Source of the DNA: Nitrospinota bacterium
Lineage (GTDB): Bacteria; UBA8248
DNA length: 36,164 bases
NCBI GenBank assembly: GCA_046581755.1
Contig: JAYGFR010000127.1
Location: 1-36,164 of the forward strand
Direction: 5' to 3'
A model generated the notes under the pieces. The model did no database searches. It was given only the letters and a program-made list of their open reading frames with translations, and was not told the DNA's origin. Position numbers and translations under genes: made by a program. Below are positions 8,125 through 17,238 of the stretch, piece after piece. The first letter of the stretch is position 1, and every line of letters starts with the position of its first letter.

Positions 8125-9693
8125 TTACCCGGCCCGATCTCCCACCACCCGGAACCGGCGCTGAGGCTGGATGCCCAGCTTTTTCATCCTGCTTTGGAGC
8201 GTGGTGGGTTTCATTCCCAGGATTTGCGCCGCGCCGCGCTCACCCGAAACCACCCCGCCGGTATGTTCCAACACTTTTAGAATATACCGGCACTCGTGCT
8301 CTTCGAGGGTTGTCAGTTCATCGGATTCCGCCCGGGCCGGGTGGGCTTCTCCCAGCAATTGCTTGTTGAACCGCAGGACCTCGCCCGAACCCAAAACCAA
8401 CCCGCGCTCCACGACGTTTTCGAGCTCCCGGATATTTCCGGGCCAGTCGTACATCATGATCCGCTCCATGGCCCGGGTATCGATCTTCTTGATGATCCGG
8501 TTCATTCCGGGACCGTATTTTTGGGCGAAATACTCGACCAACTCGGGGATGTCCTCTTTTCGCTCCCGGAGCGCGGGCACCCGGATGGGGATGACGTTCA
8601 GACGAAAATACAGGTCCTGCCGGAACCGGCCCCTTTCCACCTCTGCCTCGAGATCGCGGTTGGTGGCCGCCACAATACGGGTGTTGGTCCGGATGGTCCG
8701 GGTTCCGCCGACGCGGTCGAACTCGCGCTCCTGCATCACCCGCAGGATCTTGACCTGGGCCTCCATCGAAATTTCGCCGATCTCGTCCAAAAAAATGGTT
8801 CCTTGATGCGCCAGCTCGAAACGGCCTATCTTCCTCTCGACGGCTCCGGTAAAGGCTCCTTTTTCGTGACCGAACAACTCGCTCAGCAACAAGGTGTCCT
8901 GAAGCGCCGCGCAGTTGACCTTCACCATCACCTTCTCCCGCCGCGAGCTCCATTCGTGAATCGCGTTGGCGACGAGCTCTTTTCCCGTTCCGGTCTCTCC
9001 CAAAATAAGAACGGTGACTTCGGTCTTCGCCACCCGCTGGATCATGTCCATGAGATCGACCATGGCCTGGCTCGACCCGATGAAATTTTTATTGGACAAA
9101 TATTTCAGCTCGCCCCGGAGGAGGAGGGCTTCCTTATAGAGATCCTCCCGGCTGGCATGAAGGGTGGCGTAAGATCGGGCGTTCGCCACGGCGATGGCGA
9201 TGTGGGGCGCCATCTCGGAAAGAAACTGCGCCACCTCGTCCGAATATTGATTGGGCTGAAAACTGGCCACCGCCAACTCGCCGAACACCTCATTATCGAT
9301 CACGAGCGGAACGCGGACGCCGCTCCGGATTCCCCGCTGGAACACGATCTCGTCCTCGGCGAAAGGGCGCTCTTCGTGCAGATCCCGGTAAATGACGTAG
9401 GGGGTTTCCGATCGGTGTTCGATGAACCAGCCGAGCGTGCCTCCCTTGAGGGGGATATCCTTGCCGGGAAGCTCTACGCCTTTTTCCCCGCCGGTCGTGA
9501 TGTTCGTCCAGGTATAGGTTTTCTCGTCGGGATTGATGAGGAGGAGCGCTACATGGTCCAGCGTCACAATGGCCTTGAGCTCGGTGGCCACCCGATCGAG
9601 AACAACGTCGAGATCGAGGCTCGAACTCAATACGCGGTCGATGCGCAAGATGCCTTGGTACCGCTCTTCGGTGGTAAGATTCCGGATGGGCAA
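8125..9693 (-). CDS. Sigma54-dependent transcriptional activator, GAF-AAA+-HTH (FhlA/NifA-like, no receiver domain)
   Basis: N-terminal GAF (GIRSGVRVPLV...GELAVAS), GETGTGKE, GAFTGA, LDEIGE, RQDLYFRLN, WPGNIREL, and an FhlA-type HTH GAAQILGMKPTTLQSRMKKLGI. Start TTG 9693 after GAAAGGAG. Confidence 0.95.
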   Translation of the reverse strand: MPIRNLTTEERYQGILRIDRVLSSSLDLDVVLDRVATELKAIVTLDHVALLLINPDEKTYTWTNITTGGEKGVELPGKDIPLKGGTLGWFIEHRSETPYVIYRDLHEERPFAEDEIVFQRGIRSGVRVPLVIDNEVFGELAVASFQPNQYSDEVAQFLSEMAPHIAIAVANARSYATLHASREDLYKEALLLRGELKYLSNKNFIGSSQAMVDLMDMIQRVAKTEVTVLILGETGTGKELVANAIHEWSSRREKVMVKVNCAALQDTLLLSELFGHEKGAFTGAVERKIGRFELAHQGTIFLDEIGEISMEAQVKILRVMQEREFDRVGGTRTIRTNTRIVAATNRDLEAEVERGRFRQDLYFRLNVIPIRVPALRERKEDIPELVEYFAQKYGPGMNRIIKKIDTRAMERIMMYDWPGNIRELENVVERGLVLGSGEVLRFNKQLLGEAHPARAESDELTTLEEHECRYILKVLEHTGGVVSGERGAAQILGMKPTTLQSRMKKLGIQPQRRFRVVGDRAG

Positions 9694-9775
9694 CGGTCGG
9701 CTCCTTTCGGGGAAAAGCCCGTATTCTACCAAGGAGAATGAAACCATAACAGCCATCGAGGCCAAAGGCGGCAAA

Positions 9776-10939
9776 ATGAACCCATTATCAATATATATCC
9801 ACATTCCGTTTTGCATTCATAAATGCGGATATTGCGATTTTAATTCTTATGCCCTCGATAACCTGCTGGACCAGGGCCACGCCGGGGAAAATTGGGCCGA
9901 GTCTTATTCCGAAGCGGTTATCCGGGAGCTGAAGGGCCGAACCCGAAGCCTCGGCCTTGCCGAGAGGCCCGTCCAAACCCTCTTTTTCGGGGGCGGAACA
10001 CCCTCCCTGTTTCCGGCCGCCGAAACGGCCCGGATTCTGGCCTTTATCCAGGAAAATTTCGACATCGACCCGGATGCCGAAATCAGCCTCGAGGCCAATC
10101 CCGGCGCGTCCGACACCGCCCGCCTCAGCGCCCTCCGAGATGCGGGGGTCAACCGGCTCAGCATCGGGGTGCAATCCTTCGACGATGACTGCCTGCGCCG
10201 CCTCGAGCGGCTTCACACCGGAGACGACGCCCGCGAGGCGTTCCGCTCCGCCCGCCGGGCCGGTTTTTCCAACATCTCCATCGACCTGATGTTCGGCACC
10301 CCGTTTCAGACCCTCAATCGGGCCACCGCCGACATCGAGGCAGGGATTGAGCTGGGACCCGAACACCTCTCTGCCTACGAGCTAACCATCGAGCCGGGCA
10401 CGAACTTCGGGGCGCTTCACAGCCGGGGCGAGCTCCATGGGCTTCCCAATGAAGATACCGCCCTCGCCATGTGGGAAACCCGGGACCGCCTTCTTTCGGC
10501 GGCGGGATTCGAGCGCTACGAGATCAGCAATTTCGCCCGGCCCGCCTTCAGGTGCCGGCACAACCTGAACTACTGGAACCGGGGAGAGTACCTGGGCGCC
10601 GGAGCCGGGGCCCATTCGCTGATCAGCGGCCGGAGGTTCTGGAACCTGGCGCGCCCCGACCATTACGCCGAAAAGGCCGATGACCCCACGGCGGGAGAAG
10701 AGGACGTGAGCGGCGCGGAAAAGGCGCTCGGAGAATCGCTCATGCTCGGCCTCCGCCTCCGCGAGGGAGTTTCTCTCGGCGATATCGCAAGGGAATGCGG
10801 CGGGGAGCCCGAGGAGATTTTCGGCGGCATCTTTTCCGCTCTCGCGGATCAGGGCCTGATCGAGCGTGAAAACAAAACTGTCCGCCTCTCCCGGCGGGGA
10901 ACGCTTCTCGCCAACCAGGTGCTCGCCAAATTTTTGTAG
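9776..10939 (+). CDS. hemW: Radical SAM heme chaperone HemW (HemN-like)
   Basis: YIHIPFCIHKCGYCDF, GGGTPS, EANP, RLSIGVQSF, YEISNFA, HNLNYW and GAGAHS motifs. Confidence 0.93.
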   Translation: MNPLSIYIHIPFCIHKCGYCDFNSYALDNLLDQGHAGENWAESYSEAVIRELKGRTRSLGLAERPVQTLFFGGGTPSLFPAAETARILAFIQENFDIDPDAEISLEANPGASDTARLSALRDAGVNRLSIGVQSFDDDCLRRLERLHTGDDAREAFRSARRAGFSNISIDLMFGTPFQTLNRATADIEAGIELGPEHLSAYELTIEPGTNFGALHSRGELHGLPNEDTALAMWETRDRLLSAAGFERYEISNFARPAFRCRHNLNYWNRGEYLGAGAGAHSLISGRRFWNLARPDHYAEKADDPTAGEEDVSGAEKALGESLMLGLRLREGVSLGDIARECGGEPEEIFGGIFSALADQGLIERENKTVRLSRRGTLLANQVLAKFL

Positions 10940-11024
10940 CGGGTCCGTTTCGGACTAGAAACGGGCTTGCCGATTGGCGATTTATCCCTCTTTCGATTTT
11001 CTCATTCCACATTTATTCGGGATC

Positions 11025-11121
11025 GCCCCTTTCCCTCCCCCTTCCCCCGACGGGAGGTGGACTCCACCTCCACCCGCCGGACATGGCTCAAACGGGGCAA
11101 GGGGGAAGGGTGGGATGGGGA
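11025..11121. repeat. REP-like pyrimidine/purine hairpin element with a nested hairpin
   Basis: CCCTCCCCCTTCCCC...GGGGCAAGGGGGAAGGGTGGGATGGGG arms enclosing a perfect GGAGGTGG-ACT-CCACCTCC stem. Confidence 0.45.
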
Positions 11122-11152
11122 AAAAGTCAGGAGGCCGGGAAACCCCGGCCCA

Positions 11153-11185
11153 TAAAAAACGCGCGCGCCCGGGGAGGGGGCGCGC
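11153..11185 (-). terminator. Intrinsic terminator
   Basis: Minus strand GCGCGCCC-N7-GGGCGCGC followed by GCG-TTTTTT. Confidence 0.65.
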
Positions 11186-11212
11186 GGCGGAGCCAATATG
11201 ATTCGGAAAAAT

Positions 11213-11451
11213 CTATCCGGCGGCCTCTCCCGCCGCCTCGCGGCGCGGACGAAGAAAAAACCCCAAGCCCGGCTGGCGGCGCCAGCCCCCGGCCCGCGGA
11301 GCCCTCTTAACCCCCGGCCGAGCCCGGCGGCGGACTCCGCGAATATCTCTTTTCCCACCAGGCTATCGGCGTATTCGTACTCATGGTGATTCCGGAGGTA
11401 ACTTTCCTTGTAGTAGCTGGCATAAAAGCTCTCGGGCAGATGACAGCACAC
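11213..11451 (-). pseudogene. Small orphan ORF (~79 aa), probably frameshifted at a T6 run
   Basis: AAGGAGG plus GTG start (MCCHLPESFYASYYKESYLRNHHEYEY...). Adding one T at 11255-11260 gives ...AWGFFLRPRREAAGEAAG*, ending just before the terminator. Confidence 0.4.
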
Positions 11452-11571
11452 GATCCGTCCCTCCTTCAATTGATCCGAAGCTAGCCGCCCCCCGGAAGTG
11501 TGCTGTATTTTTAGGGCGGGCCTATTTTGGGCCGCTATCCCAAGCCGGGTTTATATGGCCGTTCTTTCCGT

Positions 11572-12032
11572 TTAATTTGCGATCGTTTTTTCAATTACCA
11601 TTTTGTCGATGCATTGGAATCTGCTTGTGGTCCTGTAGTACTGGGAACTCCAGCCCCTGCCTGTGTCATAGCGGAAATAAATTTTTACTTTCGTGTTCTC
11701 CCCGCCCACATAGGAGAGACTGGGATATAAAGCCGGATACGTACAATGATGCAGCCAACCATTTTGGTTGTATGAAATAACTTTATTTACAATGCATTTA
11801 TCCCTCCATTTGCCCGCGCCGTAGTCATAGTATTTTATATCGGTGACTTTTATCGCCACCCCCTCTCCACTCTTCTTGTATCGATTAGTAACATCGATTA
11901 TAACCTGTGAGCATTTTGCCGCGAGGACCGGCTGAGCGGTCAAAAGGAGTGCTAGCGCGAAGAGCACAACCCCTCCGGAAAGTTTTTTTAGTTGGCGGAT
12001 TTTGGCATTTTAGTTTGCTGTTCGATGTTCAT
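11572..12032 (-). CDS. Low-GC secreted beta-rich hypothetical protein with 4 Cys; the 5' end appears frameshifted
   Basis: Hydrophobic core plus VLA cleavage site. The ORF from GTG 11967 is intact, but the RBS-equipped ATG at 12032 joins it only with +1 A at 12008-12011. Confidence 0.65.
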
Positions 12033-12407
12033 CGTTTTCTCCCCTTAGGACGATATGTCCCGGACATGGTTTCATTCCATTCACGGATTTTGGCGCAGAT
12101 GGATTGCTTTGGGTGCTCAAAAAGCCGTTTCCGATGAGGGCAGTTCATCGTCCGCCTCCCGCGCGGGACTTCCCCGTGCGTAAATTATATAGCCTGAAAT
12201 GGGTATAATGCCTAGGGCTAATTTCGGTCATGTTATCCGGTTACAATGAATATAGGGTCTATATATTCCATTATTCAGCATAATCGGGTATCAATCTTTT
12301 TTCGGTAACCGAGTCCGAGAATGAGCGCGGGATAGGGTTTTAAGCCCCCCAATAATCCCGGCAATCCCTTCCAATCCAGATATCAAATCAGGACACAACC
12401 CCAATTT

Positions 12408-14225
12408 TTATAATCCCTGCTGAATTTCCTCTAAAATATCTATGAGGGCCGGGGCATCGCCGGGAGGTACGGCGATAGTATTTTGTCCCGTGAAAATCAC
12501 CTGTCCGGGACGCGAGCGGCGGGGGCGCCTCAGCCTCCGGAACGGCAAATAATCCACGTTCTGCCGCGTGTTTCCCCGGCCCCGGCTGTGGTAGGCCGCT
12601 AGCACGGCCGCCTGTCGAATGGCCTCGTCGGGTGTGGCTTCCGCCGCATCCTCATTGGGTATGCGAAGGATGACATGGCTTCCGGGGACCCCCTGGGCGT
12701 GAAACCAGAGGTCGCCGCTTCGGCCGATCTCCCGGAGCAGAGCATCGTTTCCCAGGGCGCTTTTGCCCAAAAATATCTGCCACCCTTGGGCCGCCTGGAA
12801 CCGCCTCCAGGAACGGGAGCGCCGGAACGCTTCGATTTGCCGCCTGCCTTTTCGGGGGTGCTTTTTCTTTTTTTCCGGTCCGGCCTTCGCTTCGAATCCG
12901 CCCTGGGCCAGGGCTTCCCGGATGGCCGCCAGATCTTCAACCGCCTCCGCCTCATCGAGATCGAACGAGAGGTCGCCCAGAAACGATAGCTCCTCTTCCA
13001 TGGCTTTTTTCCGCTGGCCGGCGACTACGGCCTGACGCTGCATTTTCTTATACCGCCGGAAATAGCGCTGTGCGTTCTCCGAAGTCGAGTATCTGGGATC
13101 GAGCGCGATTTCGATGGGCCCGCCCACATGGTCCGCCCGGTAAAGAGAGGTTTTTTCCTCCACGCGGTCCAAATTTTCGAGGAGAATTTCGCCCTTCAGG
13201 CGCGCCAGATCGGACCCCCGGCTGTTGTCGATATCCCGCCCGATGGCTTTAAGCGTACGGGTCACCCTGACGGAGTGGCGGCCCAGCTCGCGGGCGGCGG
13301 CGGCCTTTCGGCCGGCAAAATCGGAGGGCGGTATGGACCCGCGAAAAAAGAAATCGGCGGCTTCGTTCATGGTCTTGAAAAAACGCCGCCTCTCCAGCGA
13401 AACCGTCTGGGGCTCGAGGGGGCTAAGGCCCTCGGGCGCTCCCCGCGAATCGAGAAGAACGGCGGGCCGGATTTTTCCATCGCGCAAATCGCCCAAAACA
13501 GCGGAGAATACGTGCCAAAGGGCGCTCCAGCAGGTTCCAGCGGCCTGGGCGGCCCGGGCGGCAATTTCGGAAGCCACGCCTGGGCTTACGCCGGCAAACG
13601 ATCGCACCAGCCAGCGTGAGATTTCCCCCGGGCCGTATTCCGAGAATTTTTCGCCCGGAATCAATTCACCCGAAATCATTTGAATAAACTGGGCTTTGTC
13701 TATGTTGTCGGGGTGGATTTTTTTCTGTTCGGGGGGCAGCCGATACCGGGCGTTTCGGGCAAGGGGCCGCTCCCGGCTCTGGGTTTCGGATACCTGGCGG
13801 ATCGAATCGGTGATTTCGCCCGACTGGGCGTTTACGAGAACGATGTTGCTCCACCGCCCCATTATCTCGGCCATCAGGGCATACCAACGGACGGCGCTGC
13901 CCGGGCCGGATTTTTCCAGGGAAATCTGGACGACTCGCTCGCGCCGGCCGGCGGAAATGCCGGAAATGCGCGCTCCGAGCAGGTGGTTCCGAAGGGAGAG
14001 GCAAAAATCGGACGGCTCGGCCGGGGCGGGGGTTTCATCCTTGGTGAGATGGATGCGCGGGTACACCGGGTCCGCGCTCATGATCAGGCGGCGGGCGCCC
14101 CTGCCGGAGCCCTCGCACACGAGAAGAAGCTCACTCCGGCCTGGCTGGTAAATTTTCTGGATTCGTTTTCCCACCAGCCCGGCGTTCAATTCCCGTGCAA
14201 CCGATTGAATTACAAAGATATCCAT
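12408..14225 (-). CDS. rqcH: NFACT-family ribosome quality-control factor (RqcH/Rqc2/FbpA)
   Basis: MD...IQKIYQP, LRNHLLGARI, EIMGRWSNIVLV, ENAQRYFRRYKK, GKSALGND, WFHAQGVPGSHV and AVLAAYHS motifs. Confidence 0.92.
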   Translation of the reverse strand: MDIFVIQSVARELNAGLVGKRIQKIYQPGRSELLLVCEGSGRGARRLIMSADPVYPRIHLTKDETPAPAEPSDFCLSLRNHLLGARISGISAGRRERVVQISLEKSGPGSAVRWYALMAEIMGRWSNIVLVNAQSGEITDSIRQVSETQSRERPLARNARYRLPPEQKKIHPDNIDKAQFIQMISGELIPGEKFSEYGPGEISRWLVRSFAGVSPGVASEIAARAAQAAGTCWSALWHVFSAVLGDLRDGKIRPAVLLDSRGAPEGLSPLEPQTVSLERRRFFKTMNEAADFFFRGSIPPSDFAGRKAAAARELGRHSVRVTRTLKAIGRDIDNSRGSDLARLKGEILLENLDRVEEKTSLYRADHVGGPIEIALDPRYSTSENAQRYFRRYKKMQRQAVVAGQRKKAMEEELSFLGDLSFDLDEAEAVEDLAAIREALAQGGFEAKAGPEKKKKHPRKGRRQIEAFRRSRSWRRFQAAQGWQIFLGKSALGNDALLREIGRSGDLWFHAQGVPGSHVILRIPNEDAAEATPDEAIRQAAVLAAYHSRGRGNTRQNVDYLPFRRLRRPRRSRPGQVIFTGQNTIAVPPGDAPALIDILEEIQQGL

Positions 14226-14493
14226 GATCTCTCTGGCGGAAATGCGCGGGTGGCGTTTCGAAATATTCGCCCCAGGGGTACTATTCGGTCCCGGCCACTC
14301 CATCCCATGGTAAACCTTTCGAAAAACCTGGAAAGACCTATCACCTTGAACATAGGCGGAAAATTACGCCCCCTCAGCGAAATTTTCCATCCCTCCAATG
14401 AGACCATCACCCGCATACCACCGAATTGACACCAAGTTACGGGAAACATATTGTAATTTCTCTCGAAAATCGTTCCCTTGGGAGGGTTGAACC

Positions 14494-15366
14494 TTGATTG
14501 AAAGTATGACCGGTTACGGATCGGGCGAGGCTTCTTTTCGGAAAAACACCCTCTCCGTCGAAGCTCGATCCGTGAATCACCGTTATTTGGAAACCACCGT
14601 ACGGGGCCCTCGTTGGTCCTTGTCGCTGGAAAACGAGGTTCGTGAGTCTGTCAAAAAACGGTTCGCTCGTGGGCGATTTGATATATTCATCCACTACAGC
14701 GAATCCAACGAACATTCCGATTTTATCGACATCGAGTCGGCAAAAAAGTTCGTTAAATCCATGCATAGGGTCCGCGACGAACTAAACATTCAAGGTGAGG
14801 TGGATTTAGCTCTCCTCGCAGGCTTCCGCGACACACTCAAAATATCGGAAATTTCCATTACTCCGGATGAAGCCCGCGAGTCATTAATTGGGGCCGTGGA
14901 GGGTGCCCTCGGCCATTTGAACCAGATGCGCCACCGGGAAGGGGAAGCCCTCGAACGGGACATTCTCGCCCATCTCAAGGACGCAAGCCGCTTCACCGGG
15001 GAAATCCGCGATCGCCTCCCCTTGGCCCAATCAGCCCTAACCGAACGCATTCGTGAGCGGATTATAAAACTTTCCGACGGTATGGATCTCGATGAAGGCC
15101 GCCTGGAGCAGGAGTTGATTTACGCGGCCGAGCGAGGAGATATCAGCGAAGAGCTCAGCCGCCTGGAAAGCCATATCTCCCAGTTCCGGGATCTGGTGGA
15201 CAACGAAAAACCACTGGGACGCAAACTCGATTTTCTCATTCAGGAAATGAACCGGGAATCAAACACCATTGCTTCTAAGTCTGTCGATTTGACCCTCACC
15301 CAAAAAGCCATTGACTTAAAGAGTGCTCTCGAAAAAATTCGCGAGCAGGTGCAGAACGTGGAGTGA
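14494..15366 (+). CDS. yicC: YicC/YloC-family endoribonuclease
   Basis: SMTGYG, RSVNHRYLE, DISEELSRL, GRKLDFLIQEMNRESNTIASK and IREQVQNVE motifs. Confidence 0.95.
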   Translation: MIESMTGYGSGEASFRKNTLSVEARSVNHRYLETTVRGPRWSLSLENEVRESVKKRFARGRFDIFIHYSESNEHSDFIDIESAKKFVKSMHRVRDELNIQGEVDLALLAGFRDTLKISEISITPDEARESLIGAVEGALGHLNQMRHREGEALERDILAHLKDASRFTGEIRDRLPLAQSALTERIRERIIKLSDGMDLDEGRLEQELIYAAERGDISEELSRLESHISQFRDLVDNEKPLGRKLDFLIQEMNRESNTIASKSVDLTLTQKAIDLKSALEKIREQVQNVE

Positions 15367-15950
15367 TGATGCCACGCGGCCACCTCTTTGTCCTTTCCGC
15401 GCCTTCCGGAACCGGCAAATCGACATTAATTGATCGGGCTGTACGCGAAATTCCTGATATTTGGCATTCCACCAGCGGAACGACACGAAAGCCCCGGGAC
15501 TATGAAAAAGAAGGTGTTCATTACTTTTTCATGGAGCGGAATGCGTTCAAGAAATCCATCGACGAAGACCTTTTTCTCGAATGGGCCGAAGTGCACGGCG
15601 AATTCTACGGAACCCCTTCCGATGCCGTGGACGATCATTTGGATAAAGGCGAAAATGTCATCATGGACCTTGACGTTCAGGGAGCGATCCAGGTAAAGGG
15701 GCGGCGTCCCGAAACACAGTTGATTTTCATCATGCCGCCTTCTTTGGAAGTTCTTCGCAAACGAATAGAAACCCGCCGGACGGAAACCGAGGCGGCCATA
15801 CAGCGAAGGCTCTCTATCGCAGAAAAAGAGATGGACCACCGCGATCAATTTGATTTTGTAATTGTGAACGATGAATTGGACAAAGCACTCCTCGAATTGA
15901 AATCCATCCTTCGGGGCGGTGTCAATCCCGATGAGGGGGTAGCAACTTGA
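15363..15950 (+). CDS. gmk: Guanylate kinase
   Basis: SAPSGTGKST, TTRKPR..E..GVHYFF, EWAEVHGEFYGT, DVQGA and IVND motifs. Confidence 0.96.
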   Translation: MMMPRGHLFVLSAPSGTGKSTLIDRAVREIPDIWHSTSGTTRKPRDYEKEGVHYFFMERNAFKKSIDEDLFLEWAEVHGEFYGTPSDAVDDHLDKGENVIMDLDVQGAIQVKGRRPETQLIFIMPPSLEVLRKRIETRRTETEAAIQRRLSIAEKEMDHRDQFDFVIVNDELDKALLELKSILRGGVNPDEGVAT

Positions 15951-17188
15951 CCGGCGGAAACGACCCGGCTCCTCTTGCCGGAAAATTCATTGTTCTTGCT
16001 GTCACCGGAGGGATATCCTCGTATAAATCCATTGACCTCGCACGCCAGCTCGCTCTCGAAGGTGCAGAAGTACAGACCATCCTCACCCAAAATGCCCTCC
16101 AGTTCGTCCGGCCACTTCCGTTCCAAATTTTGACTGGCCGCACACCCATCGAGAGAATGTTTCCCATTGAGGGTGGCAAACACCCCGGCGAGATGCCTCA
16201 TATTTCCCTTACCCACCAAGCCGATCAGACTGTCATCGCACCCGCCACCGCCGATTCCATCGCAAAATTCGCACGGGGCGATGGCGACGATTTTCTTTCG
16301 ACTCTTCTCCTGTCAGCCAAGGCGCCTGTTATCATCGCTCCGGCGATGAACCCTCGCATGTGGAGCAGCCCTGCCGTCCAGGACAACATTCGCCTACTGC
16401 GCTCGCGAGGTCACCTCGTTATTGAACCCGGCGTGGGCCGAATGGCCCGGCCAGAAGAAGGCGAGGGCCGCGGACGAATGCCCGAGCCTGCAGAAATCCT
16501 TACCGAGATTCACCGGCTCCTTCTGCCCAGGCCCGATCTCGCGGGTTACCGGCTTGTCATTTCCGCAGGTCCTACACGCGAACGGTGGGACGCCGTGCGC
16601 TACCTTTCAAATCGCTCGAGCGGGAAAATGGGCTATGCCATCGCTATCACTGCCTTGGCTCGGGGAGCCAAGGTCACTCTCGTGAGCGGACCCTCTTCCT
16701 TGCCCGATCCGGCTGGTGTCAATACCATCCGGGTAGAATCTGCCGAGGAAATGCGCATCGCCATGCTGGATGCCTGGAAAAATGCGGACGCCGCAATTAT
16801 GGCAGCCGCCGTAGCTGACTACCGGCCATCGAAAACCATCGATGAAAAAAAGAAAAAGAATTCTGGCCCCATAACTATCGAACTTGAACCCACCGTGGAT
16901 ATTCTTGTCGAAATGGGAAACTCTAAAGGCAGTCGAATTTTGACAGGTTTCGCCGCTGAAACCGACAATTTAATTGAAAATGCATTGGAAAAGCTGCGCC
17001 GAAAAGGGCTTGATTTCATCGTTGCGAACATCGTCGCCGGGAATGAAGATGCCATGGGAGCGAATGCCAGCAGAGCCATCATCATCGATGAGTCGGGGAC
17101 CGCCGAGGAGCTCCCGTTGCTGGAAAAATCCCAGCTTGCAGGAAAAATCCTGGACCGGATCGCCAAAATGTGGCAAAAAGACACTTAA
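15947..17188 (+). CDS. coaBC: Bifunctional phosphopantothenoylcysteine decarboxylase/ligase
   Basis: VTGGISSYK, APATAD, APAMNPRM, AGPTRE..D.VRYLSNRSSGKMG, AAAVADY and GFAAET motifs. Confidence 0.96.
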   Translation: MTGGNDPAPLAGKFIVLAVTGGISSYKSIDLARQLALEGAEVQTILTQNALQFVRPLPFQILTGRTPIERMFPIEGGKHPGEMPHISLTHQADQTVIAPATADSIAKFARGDGDDFLSTLLLSAKAPVIIAPAMNPRMWSSPAVQDNIRLLRSRGHLVIEPGVGRMARPEEGEGRGRMPEPAEILTEIHRLLLPRPDLAGYRLVISAGPTRERWDAVRYLSNRSSGKMGYAIAITALARGAKVTLVSGPSSLPDPAGVNTIRVESAEEMRIAMLDAWKNADAAIMAAAVADYRPSKTIDEKKKKNSGPITIELEPTVDILVEMGNSKGSRILTGFAAETDNLIENALEKLRRKGLDFIVANIVAGNEDAMGANASRAIIIDESGTAEELPLLEKSQLAGKILDRIAKMWQKDT

Positions 17189-17238
17189 GCACCCTATATT
17201 TGTTCCTATAATCACCACCGCGCCCGTTCCAGGAATTC

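Noticed and set aside
11077..12069. CCGGACATGG direct repeat as a target-site duplication around the low-GC insert
   Set aside because: It is only 10 bp, the second copy is explained by a local palindrome, and there is no mobility gene.
12091..12108. Second sigma54 promoter TGGCGC...TTGCT
   Set aside because: The spacer is 7 nt instead of the strictly required 5.
12121..12190. Riboswitch or ribozyme upstream of the secreted protein
   Set aside because: There is a small hairpin (CGATGA...TCATCG) but no match to the fluoride, c-di-GMP or hammerhead cores that I could verify.
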